Assembly: GCA_927443375.1 (NCBI GenBank)
Contig: CAKMKL010000050.1
Coordinates: 1-62,986, forward strand
DNA length: 62,986 nt
DNA from: an uncultured Paenibacillus sp.
GTDB lineage: Bacteria; Bacillota; Bacilli; Paenibacillales; Paenibacillaceae
Reading direction: 5' to 3'
Made by a program: the position numbers and the translations under genes. The notes beneath the pieces are model-generated. The model searched no databases, was not told where the DNA came from, and saw only the letters and a program-made list of their open reading frames with translations. Of this stretch, positions 1 to 9,742 are shown in pieces; position 1 is the stretch's first letter, and every line of letters starts with the position of its first letter.

Positions 1-20
1 TATAAGGAGCGAAATATCAA

Positions 21-1013
21 ATGTCAAATACTTTTCAGGCTTTGGTTGTAGACAAGACAGATACATTCTCAGTGAAGGTCAAGCCAGTGGCAATGGAAGA
101 ATTGCCTGCTGGTGAGGTGCTAATCAAGGTATCCTACTCTAGCGTAAACTATAAGGACGGATTAGCCAGCATTCCTAATGGAAATATTGTGCGAAATTAT
201 CCCTTTATCCCCGGCATAGACCTGTCAGGGGTTGTAATCTCTTCGGCTGACAGCCGGTTTGAGGCAGGGCAGTCTGTCATCGCCACCAGTTATGGCATTG
301 GCGTGTCCCATTTTGGCGGTTTTAGTGAATATGCCAGAATTCCAGCCGATTGGGTTCTCCCGCTCCCGGATGGTCTTAGCCTGCGGGAAGCAATGATTTA
401 CGGGACGGCCGGCTTTACTGCCGCGCTATCTATTCAAGCGCTGGAAGATCACGGGGCTGCGCCGGATAAAGGCAAGGTGCTCGTCACCGGAGCAACAGGC
501 GGTGTTGGCAGTGCGGCAGTAGCGATGCTGGCCAAGCTAGGCTACCAGGTAACTGCCAGCACAGGCAGAACAGACGAGGCCGGGTATCTGCAGGTTTTAG
601 GTGCGAATGAGGTCATTTCCCGCGAGGATGTAGGCGGTAGTGCGCTGAAACCGCTGGACAAGCAGATCTGGCAGGCAGCAGTAGATTCAGTAGGCGGCAG
701 TCCGCTGGCAGCTGTACTGAGCAAGATTACATATGGCGGCGCTGTGGCTGCAAGCGGTCTAACCGCCGGCACGGCAGTTCCGACAACAGTGCTGCCATTT
801 ATCCTGCGTGGGGTTAGCCTGCTGGGTATTGATTCCGTCTCCTGTCCTGCCGGGAAACGTAAAGACATCTGGCAGCGGATGGCAACAGATCTGAAGCCGG
901 AGGTGCTTGAAGCACTTGTTGACCGCGAGATCACACTGGACAGTCTGCCTGCCGCTCTCGGGGATATTCTAAATTCAAATATTAGAGGCCGGGTGCTTGT
1001 CCGCCTGTCCTAG
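21..1013 (+). CDS. yhfP: YhdH/YhfP-family NADPH quinone oxidoreductase (AcuI-like, MDR superfamily)
   Basis: 330 aa; YSSVNYKD, PGIDLSG, GTAGFTAA, TGATGGVGS and PFILRGVSLLGIDSV motifs; AAGGAG RBS. Confidence 0.9.
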   Translation: MSNTFQALVVDKTDTFSVKVKPVAMEELPAGEVLIKVSYSSVNYKDGLASIPNGNIVRNYPFIPGIDLSGVVISSADSRFEAGQSVIATSYGIGVSHFGGFSEYARIPADWVLPLPDGLSLREAMIYGTAGFTAALSIQALEDHGAAPDKGKVLVTGATGGVGSAAVAMLAKLGYQVTASTGRTDEAGYLQVLGANEVISREDVGGSALKPLDKQIWQAAVDSVGGSPLAAVLSKITYGGAVAASGLTAGTAVPTTVLPFILRGVSLLGIDSVSCPAGKRKDIWQRMATDLKPEVLEALVDREITLDSLPAALGDILNSNIRGRVLVRLS

Positions 1014-1020
1014 AAGCAGA

Positions 1021-1054
1021 AGCCTCCCGGGATCGTTTCCGGGAGGCTTTTTTT
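1021..1054 (+). terminator. Intrinsic terminator
   Basis: AGCCTCCCGG...CCGGGAGGCT hairpin followed by a T run, between convergent genes. Confidence 0.85.
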
Positions 1055-1068
1055 GGCTCTTGCTGATT

Positions 1069-1920
1069 CTACTCGTTCTCTGTTCCTGCGCTCGGATAGG
1101 CTGGATAATCTTGAGCATACGGCTGCTGACGGTAGGACTGCTGAACATAAGGCTGACCATAGTAGCCGTGAACACTCATAGGCTGGTATCCGAAGCTCTG
1201 TGGAGCCGGCTGATACATGTATGGTGACATATTAGCTGTAGCCATAGCCGGAGCGATATTCACTGGCGACATATTTACTGGAGCCATGTTCACCGGAGCC
1301 ATGTTCACTGGAGCCATGTTCACCGGAGCTAAATTCGCCGGAGCTATCATGGCTCCTTTTACATTTTCGGGTGCTGTCTTTGACGGTTCACAGCAATCGG
1401 CCGGAGGACCAATGAACGTCATTGGCTTCAACGGAGCCAGCGTCTCTTTCAGCATGGCCTCATTTAGACAGTAAGTATGGGCCAGCACACGGGCCGGTGT
1501 TTTGCTTAAAATATCCGAGCCAAGAATGACCTGTGGAGTGGGAGCATTAAAAATAGCCAGCAGATGCGTACAATCTACCGTTGCAACTTCGTAATGCCAC
1601 CAGCCCTGCGGCACGTTAGCCACCTGGCCCGGTGTAATTGGAAAGTGCAGCAGCTCACCCGTGAACGGATTAATCAACGAAACCACTGCCTCACCGGAGA
1701 TGCAATAGACCAGCTCAGCGGCATTTTGATGATAATGCGGTTCGACTACATTTGATTTGCTGAGAAAAATATCAAGCAGCGACGTATTATCCAGCGTATT
1801 CAGCTCTTTAATCCCCATAACGTTGATATAGTTGCAGTCATCCTTCTTAAACAAGGTGCTGCAGTTCAGATCAAAGGTAAATTGAGTATTGGGGGAAGTA
1901 TAATCCATATTCAAAGTCAC
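1069..1920 (-). CDS. Cupin (germin-like) protein with low-complexity Pro/Met/Tyr/Gln-rich tail
   Basis: EPHYHQNAAELVY and VPQGWWHY cupin motifs; GTG start with AAGGAAGG RBS; APVNM repeats. Confidence 0.8.
   Translation of the reverse strand: MTLNMDYTSPNTQFTFDLNCSTLFKKDDCNYINVMGIKELNTLDNTSLLDIFLSKSNVVEPHYHQNAAELVYCISGEAVVSLINPFTGELLHFPITPGQVANVPQGWWHYEVATVDCTHLLAIFNAPTPQVILGSDILSKTPARVLAHTYCLNEAMLKETLAPLKPMTFIGPPADCCEPSKTAPENVKGAMIAPANLAPVNMAPVNMAPVNMAPVNMSPVNIAPAMATANMSPYMYQPAPQSFGYQPMSVHGYYGQPYVQQSYRQQPYAQDYPAYPSAGTENE
1249..1350 (-). repeat. 15-bp coding tandem repeat (APVNM-like, about 6-7 units)
   Basis: GGAGCCATGTTCAC(C/T) units on the + strand. Confidence 0.9.
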
Positions 1921-1965
1921 GCGAATCCTTCCTTTCTTCGGAGCCCATTTTTTTCGTTCTGAAGT

Positions 1966-1994
1966 AGGATATGTATCCGCCTATGTTCAGGTGA
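1966..1994 (-). promoter_or_regulatory. Candidate sigma-K promoter of the cupin gene
   Basis: CAC-17 nt-CATATCCT matches the AC...CATA-N3-T consensus. Confidence 0.5.
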
Positions 1995-2021
1995 TGATTT
2001 TCTTGGTTCTAGGGCCGCATT

Positions 2022-2050
2022 AAAAAAGCATCCTCCCTGGGGAAGATGCT
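2022..2050 (-). terminator. Intrinsic terminator of the diguanylate cyclase gene
   Basis: AGCATC...GATGCT stem with a T6 tail on the - strand. Confidence 0.7.
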
Positions 2051-2058
2051 CCATTTCC

Positions 2059-3651
2059 TTACTCTCCCGCGATAACTGTCCGGTTTCTTCCAGTATGTTT
2101 GGCGGAGTATAAAGCTTCATCTGCGTGTCCAAGCAATTCTTCCCGGGTACGCCCGTGTGTGGGATAATGGGCAATTCCCTGCGAGGAAGTCACTTTGAGC
2201 GGCAGGGGGACTTCACTTTTTTCCAGTGTTTTACGGATTCTTTCAGCCACTGTAAAAGCTTGATCAGGCTTCGTCCGGGGAAGCAGCAGGACAAATTCTT
2301 CACCGCCGTAACGGGCGCAGATATCCCCGGGACGGATGCTTGCAGTAAGGATTTCCGCAACGCTTTTAAGCACCTCATCCCCAGCCAAATGACCGTAAGT
2401 GTCATTGACGAATTTGAACTTGTCCACGTCCAGAACGATTACGGAAAAAGGTACCCGGGCGGCTATCCACTGATTAATGCTGATATCCAGCGCTCTGCGG
2501 TTCGTAAGACCTGTCAGAAGATCGGTCATCGCATCCTGGGTCAACTGATCGGTCTGCTTCTGGATGTCCGTCCAGGCCATTACCACCGCTTTGGTGAGCA
2601 GATCAACTTCCCTGTTCCAATGAGGTTTGAGCTCCGGCAGCTCGACATTTTCTTTGCCGATTCTGTTCACCAGGTCGGCCAGGACAACGAACGGCTTGGC
2701 TAAGCGGTGTGCAAGCACAAACACACTGAGCAGCAAAATAACGAATGGAATGACCGTATAAGCCAGAATTTTGCGTAAGTGAGCCAGCAATTGCTCCTGA
2801 ATGACATGTACTGGCGATACAACGGCAACTCCCCAGTCATTGGAAGGAACGGCCGAATAGCCGGCCAGCATAGATACCCCTTTGGTATTCAGCGCCTGCA
2901 TTTTCCCGTTCTCACCCCTCCTTAATCTCTGGACGACCTCGTTACTGCTGATATCCTTATTTAATTGCCTTACGTCCGGATGGAACAGCACCTGCCCCTC
3001 AGCACTGACAATATAATAATACGACCCGGATTCATCAATATTATTATTCCCGAATATCATATTCAGAATATTGTAATCCCGGAGATAGACCGTACCTCCA
3101 AGCTGTCCAAGATAATGTTTGTCTTTGTTATAAAGCGGTTCACTCATAAAGAAAAGCATCCTGCCTGTCGTGGAAGAAGTATACGGTGAGGACAGATAGG
3201 AGTTCTTCAGCCGGAGAGCTTCCAGAACCTGGGGCGATTGAATTCTCTTTCCCACCATCTCCAGCGTTTTCGGTGAATTATTCAGTACCGAGCCGTTTGC
3301 GCTAACCAGGATAATTGAATTAAAGTAGTTGCTGCTGTGGCGCATTAAATCAAGATAAGCATCTATATCTTCAGGCCGCGATGCCTCCATACTGGCGATT
3401 TGATCCGCACTGAAAAGCAGGCTGCTGCGCATCGAACGGAACAACGAATCTACCGTTTTACTCATTCTTTCCGCATTGGCATAATTCAAATTAAGCGTTG
3501 TCTCTATCAGTGATTTCTTCTTAGATTGGTATGACCCAATGAGCAGAATCGTAGTTGTCAATAGAAACACCATTGTCACCAGCGCCATCAGCAGCAAAGT
3601 GAGGCTGAGTTTCATGCTTGATTTGGTTTCTGCTCTATGTGGTGTAGGCAT
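2059..3651 (-). CDS. Membrane sensor diguanylate cyclase (dCache + GGDEF)
   Basis: Two TM segments flanking a Cache-like region; DLLTGLTNRR, DKFKFVNDTYGH and RYGGEEF motifs. Confidence 0.92.
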   Translation of the reverse strand: MPTPHRAETKSSMKLSLTLLLMALVTMVFLLTTTILLIGSYQSKKKSLIETTLNLNYANAERMSKTVDSLFRSMRSSLLFSADQIASMEASRPEDIDAYLDLMRHSSNYFNSIILVSANGSVLNNSPKTLEMVGKRIQSPQVLEALRLKNSYLSSPYTSSTTGRMLFFMSEPLYNKDKHYLGQLGGTVYLRDYNILNMIFGNNNIDESGSYYYIVSAEGQVLFHPDVRQLNKDISSNEVVQRLRRGENGKMQALNTKGVSMLAGYSAVPSNDWGVAVVSPVHVIQEQLLAHLRKILAYTVIPFVILLLSVFVLAHRLAKPFVVLADLVNRIGKENVELPELKPHWNREVDLLTKAVVMAWTDIQKQTDQLTQDAMTDLLTGLTNRRALDISINQWIAARVPFSVIVLDVDKFKFVNDTYGHLAGDEVLKSVAEILTASIRPGDICARYGGEEFVLLLPRTKPDQAFTVAERIRKTLEKSEVPLPLKVTSSQGIAHYPTHGRTREELLGHADEALYSAKHTGRNRTVIAGE

Positions 3652-3788
3652 TCCCTGACCTCCTTATGTACCTGTGCCCATTTGGTATAATTATATACGA
3701 TTAAGAAAGAGAATCTACATACAGTATTAATTCCATTTTTTTGCATGACGGGGCAGATCAAGGCACGATTTAGATACATCTGCAAAAG

Positions 3789-3830
3789 AAAAAAAGCAAG
3801 CGTCAGGAGTGATTCCTGCTCCGCTTGCTT
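3789..3830 (-). terminator. Intrinsic terminator after yfiT
   Basis: AAGCAAGCG...CGCTTGCTT stem with a T tail on the - strand. Confidence 0.75.
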
Positions 3831-3839
3831 GTGCTTACA

Positions 3840-4388
3840 TTACCATCCGCTCCGCCTGATGAGCGAGGTGATCTGCGCAATGTGGTGGCTGTTGTGCCAG
3901 ATATATCTCTGTAATGCTGTATCCAAATTCATCGTCCCGAGGCCTGCACTCACAAAAACCCGCTCAAACTCAGCTTCACTTAGTGAACCCAGCAAGGTCA
4001 TGAACCGCCGGTTCAGCTGCTCCAGCAGCCCGAGTGAAGAATCTACCGTCTCATCCAGATAATCGCTCCGTTCCGCCCACAGGTCCTGCCGGTAGGTTGG
4101 AATCTGCGGTGCATCTTCCGTAAGCCCCCGTTTAAAGCGGAGGCAGGCGAACATATTCGTGTCCGCAAGATGATGAACAACCTGTGCAACACTCCAGCCG
4201 CCAGGACGGTAAGGGGTGTCTAACTGCTCTGTTGTGAGCGGTCTCACGGCTTCGCTTAAGTCAGCCGAAAGCCGGCCAATCTTCTGAATATCCTGACTCC
4301 GTTCGTCTGCCGTCCGGTTTTCCTTGGCCGCAAACCTTCCAATGGGGTAACATAGGTGCTCCATGTCATCCTTAGTATAACTGCTCAT
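3840..4388 (-). CDS. yfiT: YfiT-family bacillithiol transferase (DinB superfamily)
   Basis: YPIG, LDTPYRPGGW, QVVHHLAD and YIWHNSHHIAQI motifs. Confidence 0.88.
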   Translation of the reverse strand: MSSYTKDDMEHLCYPIGRFAAKENRTADERSQDIQKIGRLSADLSEAVRPLTTEQLDTPYRPGGWSVAQVVHHLADTNMFACLRFKRGLTEDAPQIPTYRQDLWAERSDYLDETVDSSLGLLEQLNRRFMTLLGSLSEAEFERVFVSAGLGTMNLDTALQRYIWHNSHHIAQITSLIRRSGW

Positions 4389-4430
4389 CTACTTTGTCCT
4401 CCTTTTAATGGAGTCATCAGCTTAACCATC

Positions 4431-5105
4431 TTATAGAAGCTCATATAACTCATCCAGGGTTGTTACTGTATAATCCGGCTTCACCTCGTGCTGCCACATG
4501 GCTTCCTCCCGGTTGATCCAGCAGGCTGTTATCCCCGCCCTCGCCGCTCCTAACACATCCGCAGCCGTATCGCCGACATGGATAATCTGTCCCGGCTCTA
4601 CGCCGTAATGGGCAATGACCTCTTGGAACATCACGTTGCGGCTGTCATTTTTGTAGGATTTGTACATTTCCGAGGTGAACAAGGTGACCGGATAGTTCTG
4701 ATAAAAGTCCGGCAGCATCAGCTCATCAGTATCACTGACTATGCAGACCTGATATTCCGTGCATATCCGCTGCAGGAAACGTTCCGTATCCTCATATAAC
4801 GTGGACAACCGGTGCTGTTCAAACAGATTTTCCACTGCCAGAAAAGGATCAAATTCCACCCTATGCTGCATAAAAACCTGCTGGAAGCTGCGGAAATAAA
4901 TTTCTTTACTGGTCCAAAAATCTCCGTTACCTCGTATCTCAGAAGCTAACGTATGATAGCTGCTCAGCAGCATGCTGCCAAGCGCCAAAGCCCGTTCCTC
5001 ACTATAGTCCTGCTGCAAAATAGGCTTCCATACATATGCCCTGCGGTCCTGAATATTTACCAATGTCTGAAACATATCCAGGCTGATGACTTTATAACGC
5101 CCCAT
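4431..5105 (-). CDS. HAD-family hydrolase
   Basis: LDMFQTL motif I variant; HVGD...DVLGA motif IV; overlaps the GH9 stop. Confidence 0.85.
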   Translation of the reverse strand: MGRYKVISLDMFQTLVNIQDRRAYVWKPILQQDYSEERALALGSMLLSSYHTLASEIRGNGDFWTSKEIYFRSFQQVFMQHRVEFDPFLAVENLFEQHRLSTLYEDTERFLQRICTEYQVCIVSDTDELMLPDFYQNYPVTLFTSEMYKSYKNDSRNVMFQEVIAHYGVEPGQIIHVGDTAADVLGAARAGITACWINREEAMWQHEVKPDYTVTTLDELYELL

Positions 5106-6735
5106 GGTTCACCTGTGTATTAAACCTCGCCGCCACCAGGACAGCCGGTGAATTCCAGTAGATCGTAACCTCATTCGTGGAGTAGCTGAGTTCATGGTCG
5201 GCAAAACACTGCGCCGCAGGCTTACCCTGTAAATGCTGCAGAACATATTCATCATGCAATCCGCGGTCAGGTCCGCCGGACACAAGTCCAGGAACCGGCT
5301 CCTCCACATGATCACCTACAGACGGGCGGTGATGCGGATGCAATACCGGACGGTCGCCAAAGCCGGTTACATAGCTGATATCGAGCACATTACGGCCCAG
5401 CAGATAGTGAAGATGGTCCAGTGCACAATTGGCATAACGGACATCTCCGCTGAAACGCTCCGCAGCCAGCAGCAGCATCGCGTTGTTCATCACCAGCATA
5501 TTGCTGCCCCAGATGTAATCCTCTTCCCGCAGAGAAATGAGGTATCCGTCTGACTGGCTCACCTGGACAAGCTGCTCCGCTTCCGCAAGTAGCCCTTCCT
5601 TAAGGAATGCGTATAATGCATCCCCTTGTGATTCCACATTCAGCAGATAGGCCAGTGTACCATAACCGCCCATGTCCGCCCAGCCCAGGCTGAATTTGGG
5701 GAATGGCAGTCTGGATAACTCTTGGACAGTCTTATGGTAGACTTCTTCGCCTGTCGTCCGGTACAGCTCAGCTGCTGCCCAGAAACGTTCGTCATGATCT
5801 TCGGCATCCCCGTATTCACCAGTCGTGATTTGCGTCGGATTCTTAAAGCCCGGTTCTTCCGGATGCTGCTCCAGCCACTGCCAGGCGGCAGATGCTGCTT
5901 CAAGACAACGGTCTGCATAGGACTCATCGAATGGCTTGTAGATCCTTGCTGCCATCGCCATTACCCCGGCAAAGTCTCCTGTAGCAGCAGCTGATACTGG
6001 TGAGAAAAACAGTTCTGACGTGTCATCCTCCGGCATAACGTCAAGGCCGGGAAAGTTCAGCGTAGTCAGCTTATGATAGACCCCGCCGCTGCCGGCTTCC
6101 TGCATTTTGAACAGAAAATCCAGCTCTACCTTACACTCCAGCAGCACATCCGGCATCATCCCATCGCTTTCCGGGAGTGCAAAATCACCCGCAAACGCAG
6201 CAGGATATAACTCATAGGCCAGCAACAGATCTGCAACAGCCTTGGCGCCCGGACCGGAGTATTTTCCGTAATCCCCTGCATCATGCCAGCCTCCGCTGCT
6301 GTCCAGCTTCAGCTCAGGCTGGCCGATTACGGTTCCCTCTGCCAGATGGCAGGCAGCATGTCCCCAAGGTCCGGCATAATCCCCGCTTAGTTCGGCTCCG
6401 CAGCGGTAATAATAAAAGGCTTTCAACAAGCCCCTCTGCAGCTCCTGATAAGGCTTATCAGCAATGACAAAGGGTGCGGAAACCGCCCCGTCCCCAGCTT
6501 CAAGGAAATACCGTCCTGCAGCGGTAACCGCTGAGAAGTCAGCGGCATGAACTCTGGCACCGCTGGCCTTATCGTCTGCTGCGGCAGCAGATTCTCCCTT
6601 AAATACTACCGCTCCCGTCTCTGAATTCACAACCCGGAATGAATGCTCCGTCCCGGTTAACAGGGCGATTTTCTTCCCGTATGTGGAATAACCGATCTGA
6701 TCTACTGTAATTGCGCGAATCTGTTGCTCACTCAC
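5092..6735 (-). CDS. Glycoside hydrolase family 9 with N-terminal Ig-like domain, no signal peptide
   Basis: VDQIGY, GGWHDAGDYGKY, HPHHR and YSTNEVTIYWN motifs. Confidence 0.92.
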   Translation of the reverse strand: MSEQQIRAITVDQIGYSTYGKKIALLTGTEHSFRVVNSETGAVVFKGESAAAADDKASGARVHAADFSAVTAAGRYFLEAGDGAVSAPFVIADKPYQELQRGLLKAFYYYRCGAELSGDYAGPWGHAACHLAEGTVIGQPELKLDSSGGWHDAGDYGKYSGPGAKAVADLLLAYELYPAAFAGDFALPESDGMMPDVLLECKVELDFLFKMQEAGSGGVYHKLTTLNFPGLDVMPEDDTSELFFSPVSAAATGDFAGVMAMAARIYKPFDESYADRCLEAASAAWQWLEQHPEEPGFKNPTQITTGEYGDAEDHDERFWAAAELYRTTGEEVYHKTVQELSRLPFPKFSLGWADMGGYGTLAYLLNVESQGDALYAFLKEGLLAEAEQLVQVSQSDGYLISLREEDYIWGSNMLVMNNAMLLLAAERFSGDVRYANCALDHLHYLLGRNVLDISYVTGFGDRPVLHPHHRPSVGDHVEEPVPGLVSGGPDRGLHDEYVLQHLQGKPAAQCFADHELSYSTNEVTIYWNSPAVLVAARFNTQVNHGAL

Positions 6736-7594
6736 CTGGTATCCGCTCCTTTGTGTACATCAAAGTTTTCTCCAAGAATCTGGCTACACCATCTTCGTTG
6801 CACGAGGCGATGACCTGATGTGCCAATGCTTTGATCTCCGGCTGGGCATTCTGCACAGCAATCCTTGTTCCGGCGGCTGCGAACAGTCCCAGATCATTTA
6901 AGTGGTCACCGAATACAGTAATATCCTGCGGTTCAAGACCCATATGCTGCGCCCACAACTTGAGTCCATCGCTTTTGTTGCCTTGGGGGTGGCTGAATTC
7001 CAGGAAATAATGATCTTTTATGTATAAGTCCTTCATGAAGTGGATTTGCAGCTTATCCCCGAATCTGTGCTTCACCGCCTGATGAACGGGCTGAAGCTCT
7101 TCCAGCAGGCCGATATAACTGATAATCAAAGTCCGGTGGCCAGCCGGGCAATCCAGCTTGCACACTTCCCGAAACCGCTCGTCCCCCGGACGGCTTTTAT
7201 AGAACACAACATCTCCCGCCCTCTTGAGCGGTTCATGAAGCACCCGTTCACGGTCATGTTCATCCAGTGAGAAATAAAACGGGGTAATTCCGCCAAGCTG
7301 CCGCCCGATGCTGATAACTTCCTTGGAAATAAAGTGATCCAGCCAGTACCCGTCGATCACCTTCCTGGACATCCCGTCATAAATAAGGGCTCCATTATAG
7401 AGAATAAGCGGATACTTCCAGGCAATTTCCGAAACTACACTGTCTGCACTAATGAAGCCCCTGGCCGTTGAGAAGCTGATGATCGCCCCCTGCTCCATTG
7501 CTGCGGTAATCACCTGAATTGTGTAGTCTGAAAGCTTCTGCTCTGAGGTGAGCAGCGTCCCGTCGAGATCCGTAATATAGGCCTGCCTTGCCAT
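6728..7594 (-). CDS. Cof-type HAD-IIB hydrolase
   Basis: TDLDGTLL, STARG, YNGA and FGDHLND motifs. Confidence 0.9.
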   Translation of the reverse strand: MARQAYITDLDGTLLTSEQKLSDYTIQVITAAMEQGAIISFSTARGFISADSVVSEIAWKYPLILYNGALIYDGMSRKVIDGYWLDHFISKEVISIGRQLGGITPFYFSLDEHDRERVLHEPLKRAGDVVFYKSRPGDERFREVCKLDCPAGHRTLIISYIGLLEELQPVHQAVKHRFGDKLQIHFMKDLYIKDHYFLEFSHPQGNKSDGLKLWAQHMGLEPQDITVFGDHLNDLGLFAAAGTRIAVQNAQPEIKALAHQVIASCNEDGVARFLEKTLMYTKERIPGE

Positions 7595-7656
7595 GAATCA
7601 TCCCCCCCTACAGTGATAATTACATGCTATACGTTGACCGAAGGTTTCGACTATGA

Positions 7657-8394
7657 TTATTCACCCAGCAGCTTCATAAAGTTAGCCGGCAGATTAAACT
7701 GCTGATTGTTAATCATGATCCGCTGGAACTCCAGTACTTCCTCGTCGGCCTGGGCATCTTTGATTTCTTTAATCTCACGGTGCAGACGCTCCATCTGAAG
7801 ATCCAGCTCGTTGGCTTTGAGCGCTGCATTCTTCAGCTCACGGGTCAAATGCTCAGGAACCGACTGGCTGTATTTATAGAAAATTTTATGTTCAAGACTG
7901 GCCCAGAAATCCATAGCAATGGTGCGGATCTGCACTTCTACACACACCATCTCTGTGCAGTCCGACAGGAACACCGGCACTTCGACCAGCAGATGCAGGC
8001 TCTGATATCCGTTGGGCTTCGGATTTTTGATGTAATCCTTAATCTGAAGCACTTTCAGGTCATCCTGCTTCTGCAGCATTTCGCTGACTTGATAAATGTC
8101 AGAAATAAACGAGCAGGTGATGCGCAGGCCGGCGATATCCTTGATGCTGGACCGGACGGCTGGCAGTGAAAGCTCGCTGTTCTTGCGAAGCATTTTGTTC
8201 ATAATACTCTCAGGAGATTTAATCCGGGACTTCGTGTGTTCAATTGGGCTATAGTCATGGAGCATCTGAAACTCCTGTTTCAGAATCTCAATCTTCGTCT
8301 CTATTTCTTCCAGGGCAAATTTATAGATCATCATAAAACGGGTAAGTTCATATTTTAGCTGCTTGAAATTCTCGATCTGGCTGCCTGTATTCAT
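7657..8394 (-). CDS. Small alarmone synthetase (RelP/RelQ-type GTP pyrophosphokinase)
   Basis: SRIKSPES, DIAGLR, KPNGYQSLH and EVQIRTIAMDFWASLEH motifs. Confidence 0.92.
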   Translation of the reverse strand: MNTGSQIENFKQLKYELTRFMMIYKFALEEIETKIEILKQEFQMLHDYSPIEHTKSRIKSPESIMNKMLRKNSELSLPAVRSSIKDIAGLRITCSFISDIYQVSEMLQKQDDLKVLQIKDYIKNPKPNGYQSLHLLVEVPVFLSDCTEMVCVEVQIRTIAMDFWASLEHKIFYKYSQSVPEHLTRELKNAALKANELDLQMERLHREIKEIKDAQADEEVLEFQRIMINNQQFNLPANFMKLLGE

Positions 8395-8564
8395 ATTATT
8401 CCCCCCTCTTTCTGCTGCCGTTTAATAGGCCTGCTCTGATTTAATCATAGCCCATCTAACAGAGGGAATTCAAATTCAGCAGAACGTAAAAAGGCCATCC
8501 CACGGGTCACTCCGGATCCGTTAAGATAGCCTCACTATAACTGCTTATATCACAACCTGATTAT

Positions 8565-9593
8565 TTAGATAAAAACTTCATCAACCGTCAGACTGCGCTC
8601 CCGTGATAAATCCCTATAATCCTCATCCACCTTGATCAGCGGCTTGAAGATATCCAGAGCATTGTTCATTACAATGGTTCCTGTTTCCCCGTTGCTGAGC
8701 TGCACCGTCTTGCCAACGAACCCGGGCAGCAAATGCCCTGTAAGAGCCTGTACTACATTTCCGTTCAGCTTGCCAAAGCCCATTTCATGCACCTGGCGCA
8801 GCACAGACACAAGCCCCTGCTTTGGCCGGTTCAGCCTGGACGTAGTAAGCTTCATATAGATATCAGCGACAGTAACTATTTCAGTATAGGGATGAATATC
8901 ATTTTTGCGGAGATTGGCCGGATAACCCGAACCATCTTGATATTCATGATGCTGCAGTGCAACCAGTGCCGTAGCTTCATCCTTCATGGATCTCCGGATA
9001 ATATCATAACCGTACGCGGTGTGGCGCTTCAATTCTTCTTTCTCGGTGGCGTCCAACCATCCCGAATTGTTTAAGATAGACAAAGATACCTGGCTCTTTC
9101 CGATATCATGCAGGTATCCGGCACGGCTGATCTTGTAACGCTCCTCTTTGGAGTAACCTAGCCATGTAGCAATATAATAAGACAGCAAACCAACCTGCAG
9201 CGAATGCTGGTAGGTATCCACATCTTCACGGTCCAGCAGGAGCAGCAGGGATACAACATCTTTTTGCTTATCTAAGGTTTCAAGCAGCGGCTGCAGTGTT
9301 GCATCTACAAGGTCTGGTGTAAAGCTGCCCTGCGAAAGAGCCTCCAGGAAAGTCGATTCATAATTCATGATCACCTGGTCAAAATCATCATGAAGACCAT
9401 GGCTCTGCTCCTCGATGGTTTGCGGCAGCTCGCGGGCTACAATTGCTACATACTCTATTCTTTGCCGGATCAGCAGGGAGATCTCTTCACGCTGGACTAT
9501 GGTCCCGCTGGGCAATATATGCAAGCCCACACTATTGAAAGTGTCAGTCATTAGACAATCGCCGGGTTTTAGATCTGTGACATGAACTTTCAA
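8565..9593 (-). CDS. HD-GYP domain phosphodiesterase
   Basis: LHDIGK and HHEYQDGSGYP motifs; start moved to the TTG at 9593 behind AAGGAG. Confidence 0.88.
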   Translation of the reverse strand: MKVHVTDLKPGDCLMTDTFNSVGLHILPSGTIVQREEISLLIRQRIEYVAIVARELPQTIEEQSHGLHDDFDQVIMNYESTFLEALSQGSFTPDLVDATLQPLLETLDKQKDVVSLLLLLDREDVDTYQHSLQVGLLSYYIATWLGYSKEERYKISRAGYLHDIGKSQVSLSILNNSGWLDATEKEELKRHTAYGYDIIRRSMKDEATALVALQHHEYQDGSGYPANLRKNDIHPYTEIVTVADIYMKLTTSRLNRPKQGLVSVLRQVHEMGFGKLNGNVVQALTGHLLPGFVGKTVQLSNGETGTIVMNNALDIFKPLIKVDEDYRDLSRERSLTVDEVFI

Positions 9594-9742
9594 ATCGCAG
9601 CACTCCTTCTTGAGTAAATAATATTCCTTGTGTAAATTGATCATAGCCAAATGACCTTATAGTGACAATATGGTTAAAGTCGCATTCACTGCCCGGAATA
9701 GTTCAAATGAATCCCTACTTTAGCCGCCTTTTTCAATTTTCA

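Noticed and set aside
7657-8394. Toxic SAS toxin-antitoxin module
   Set aside because: The sequence looks like a housekeeping RelP/RelQ, and there is no small antitoxin gene adjacent.
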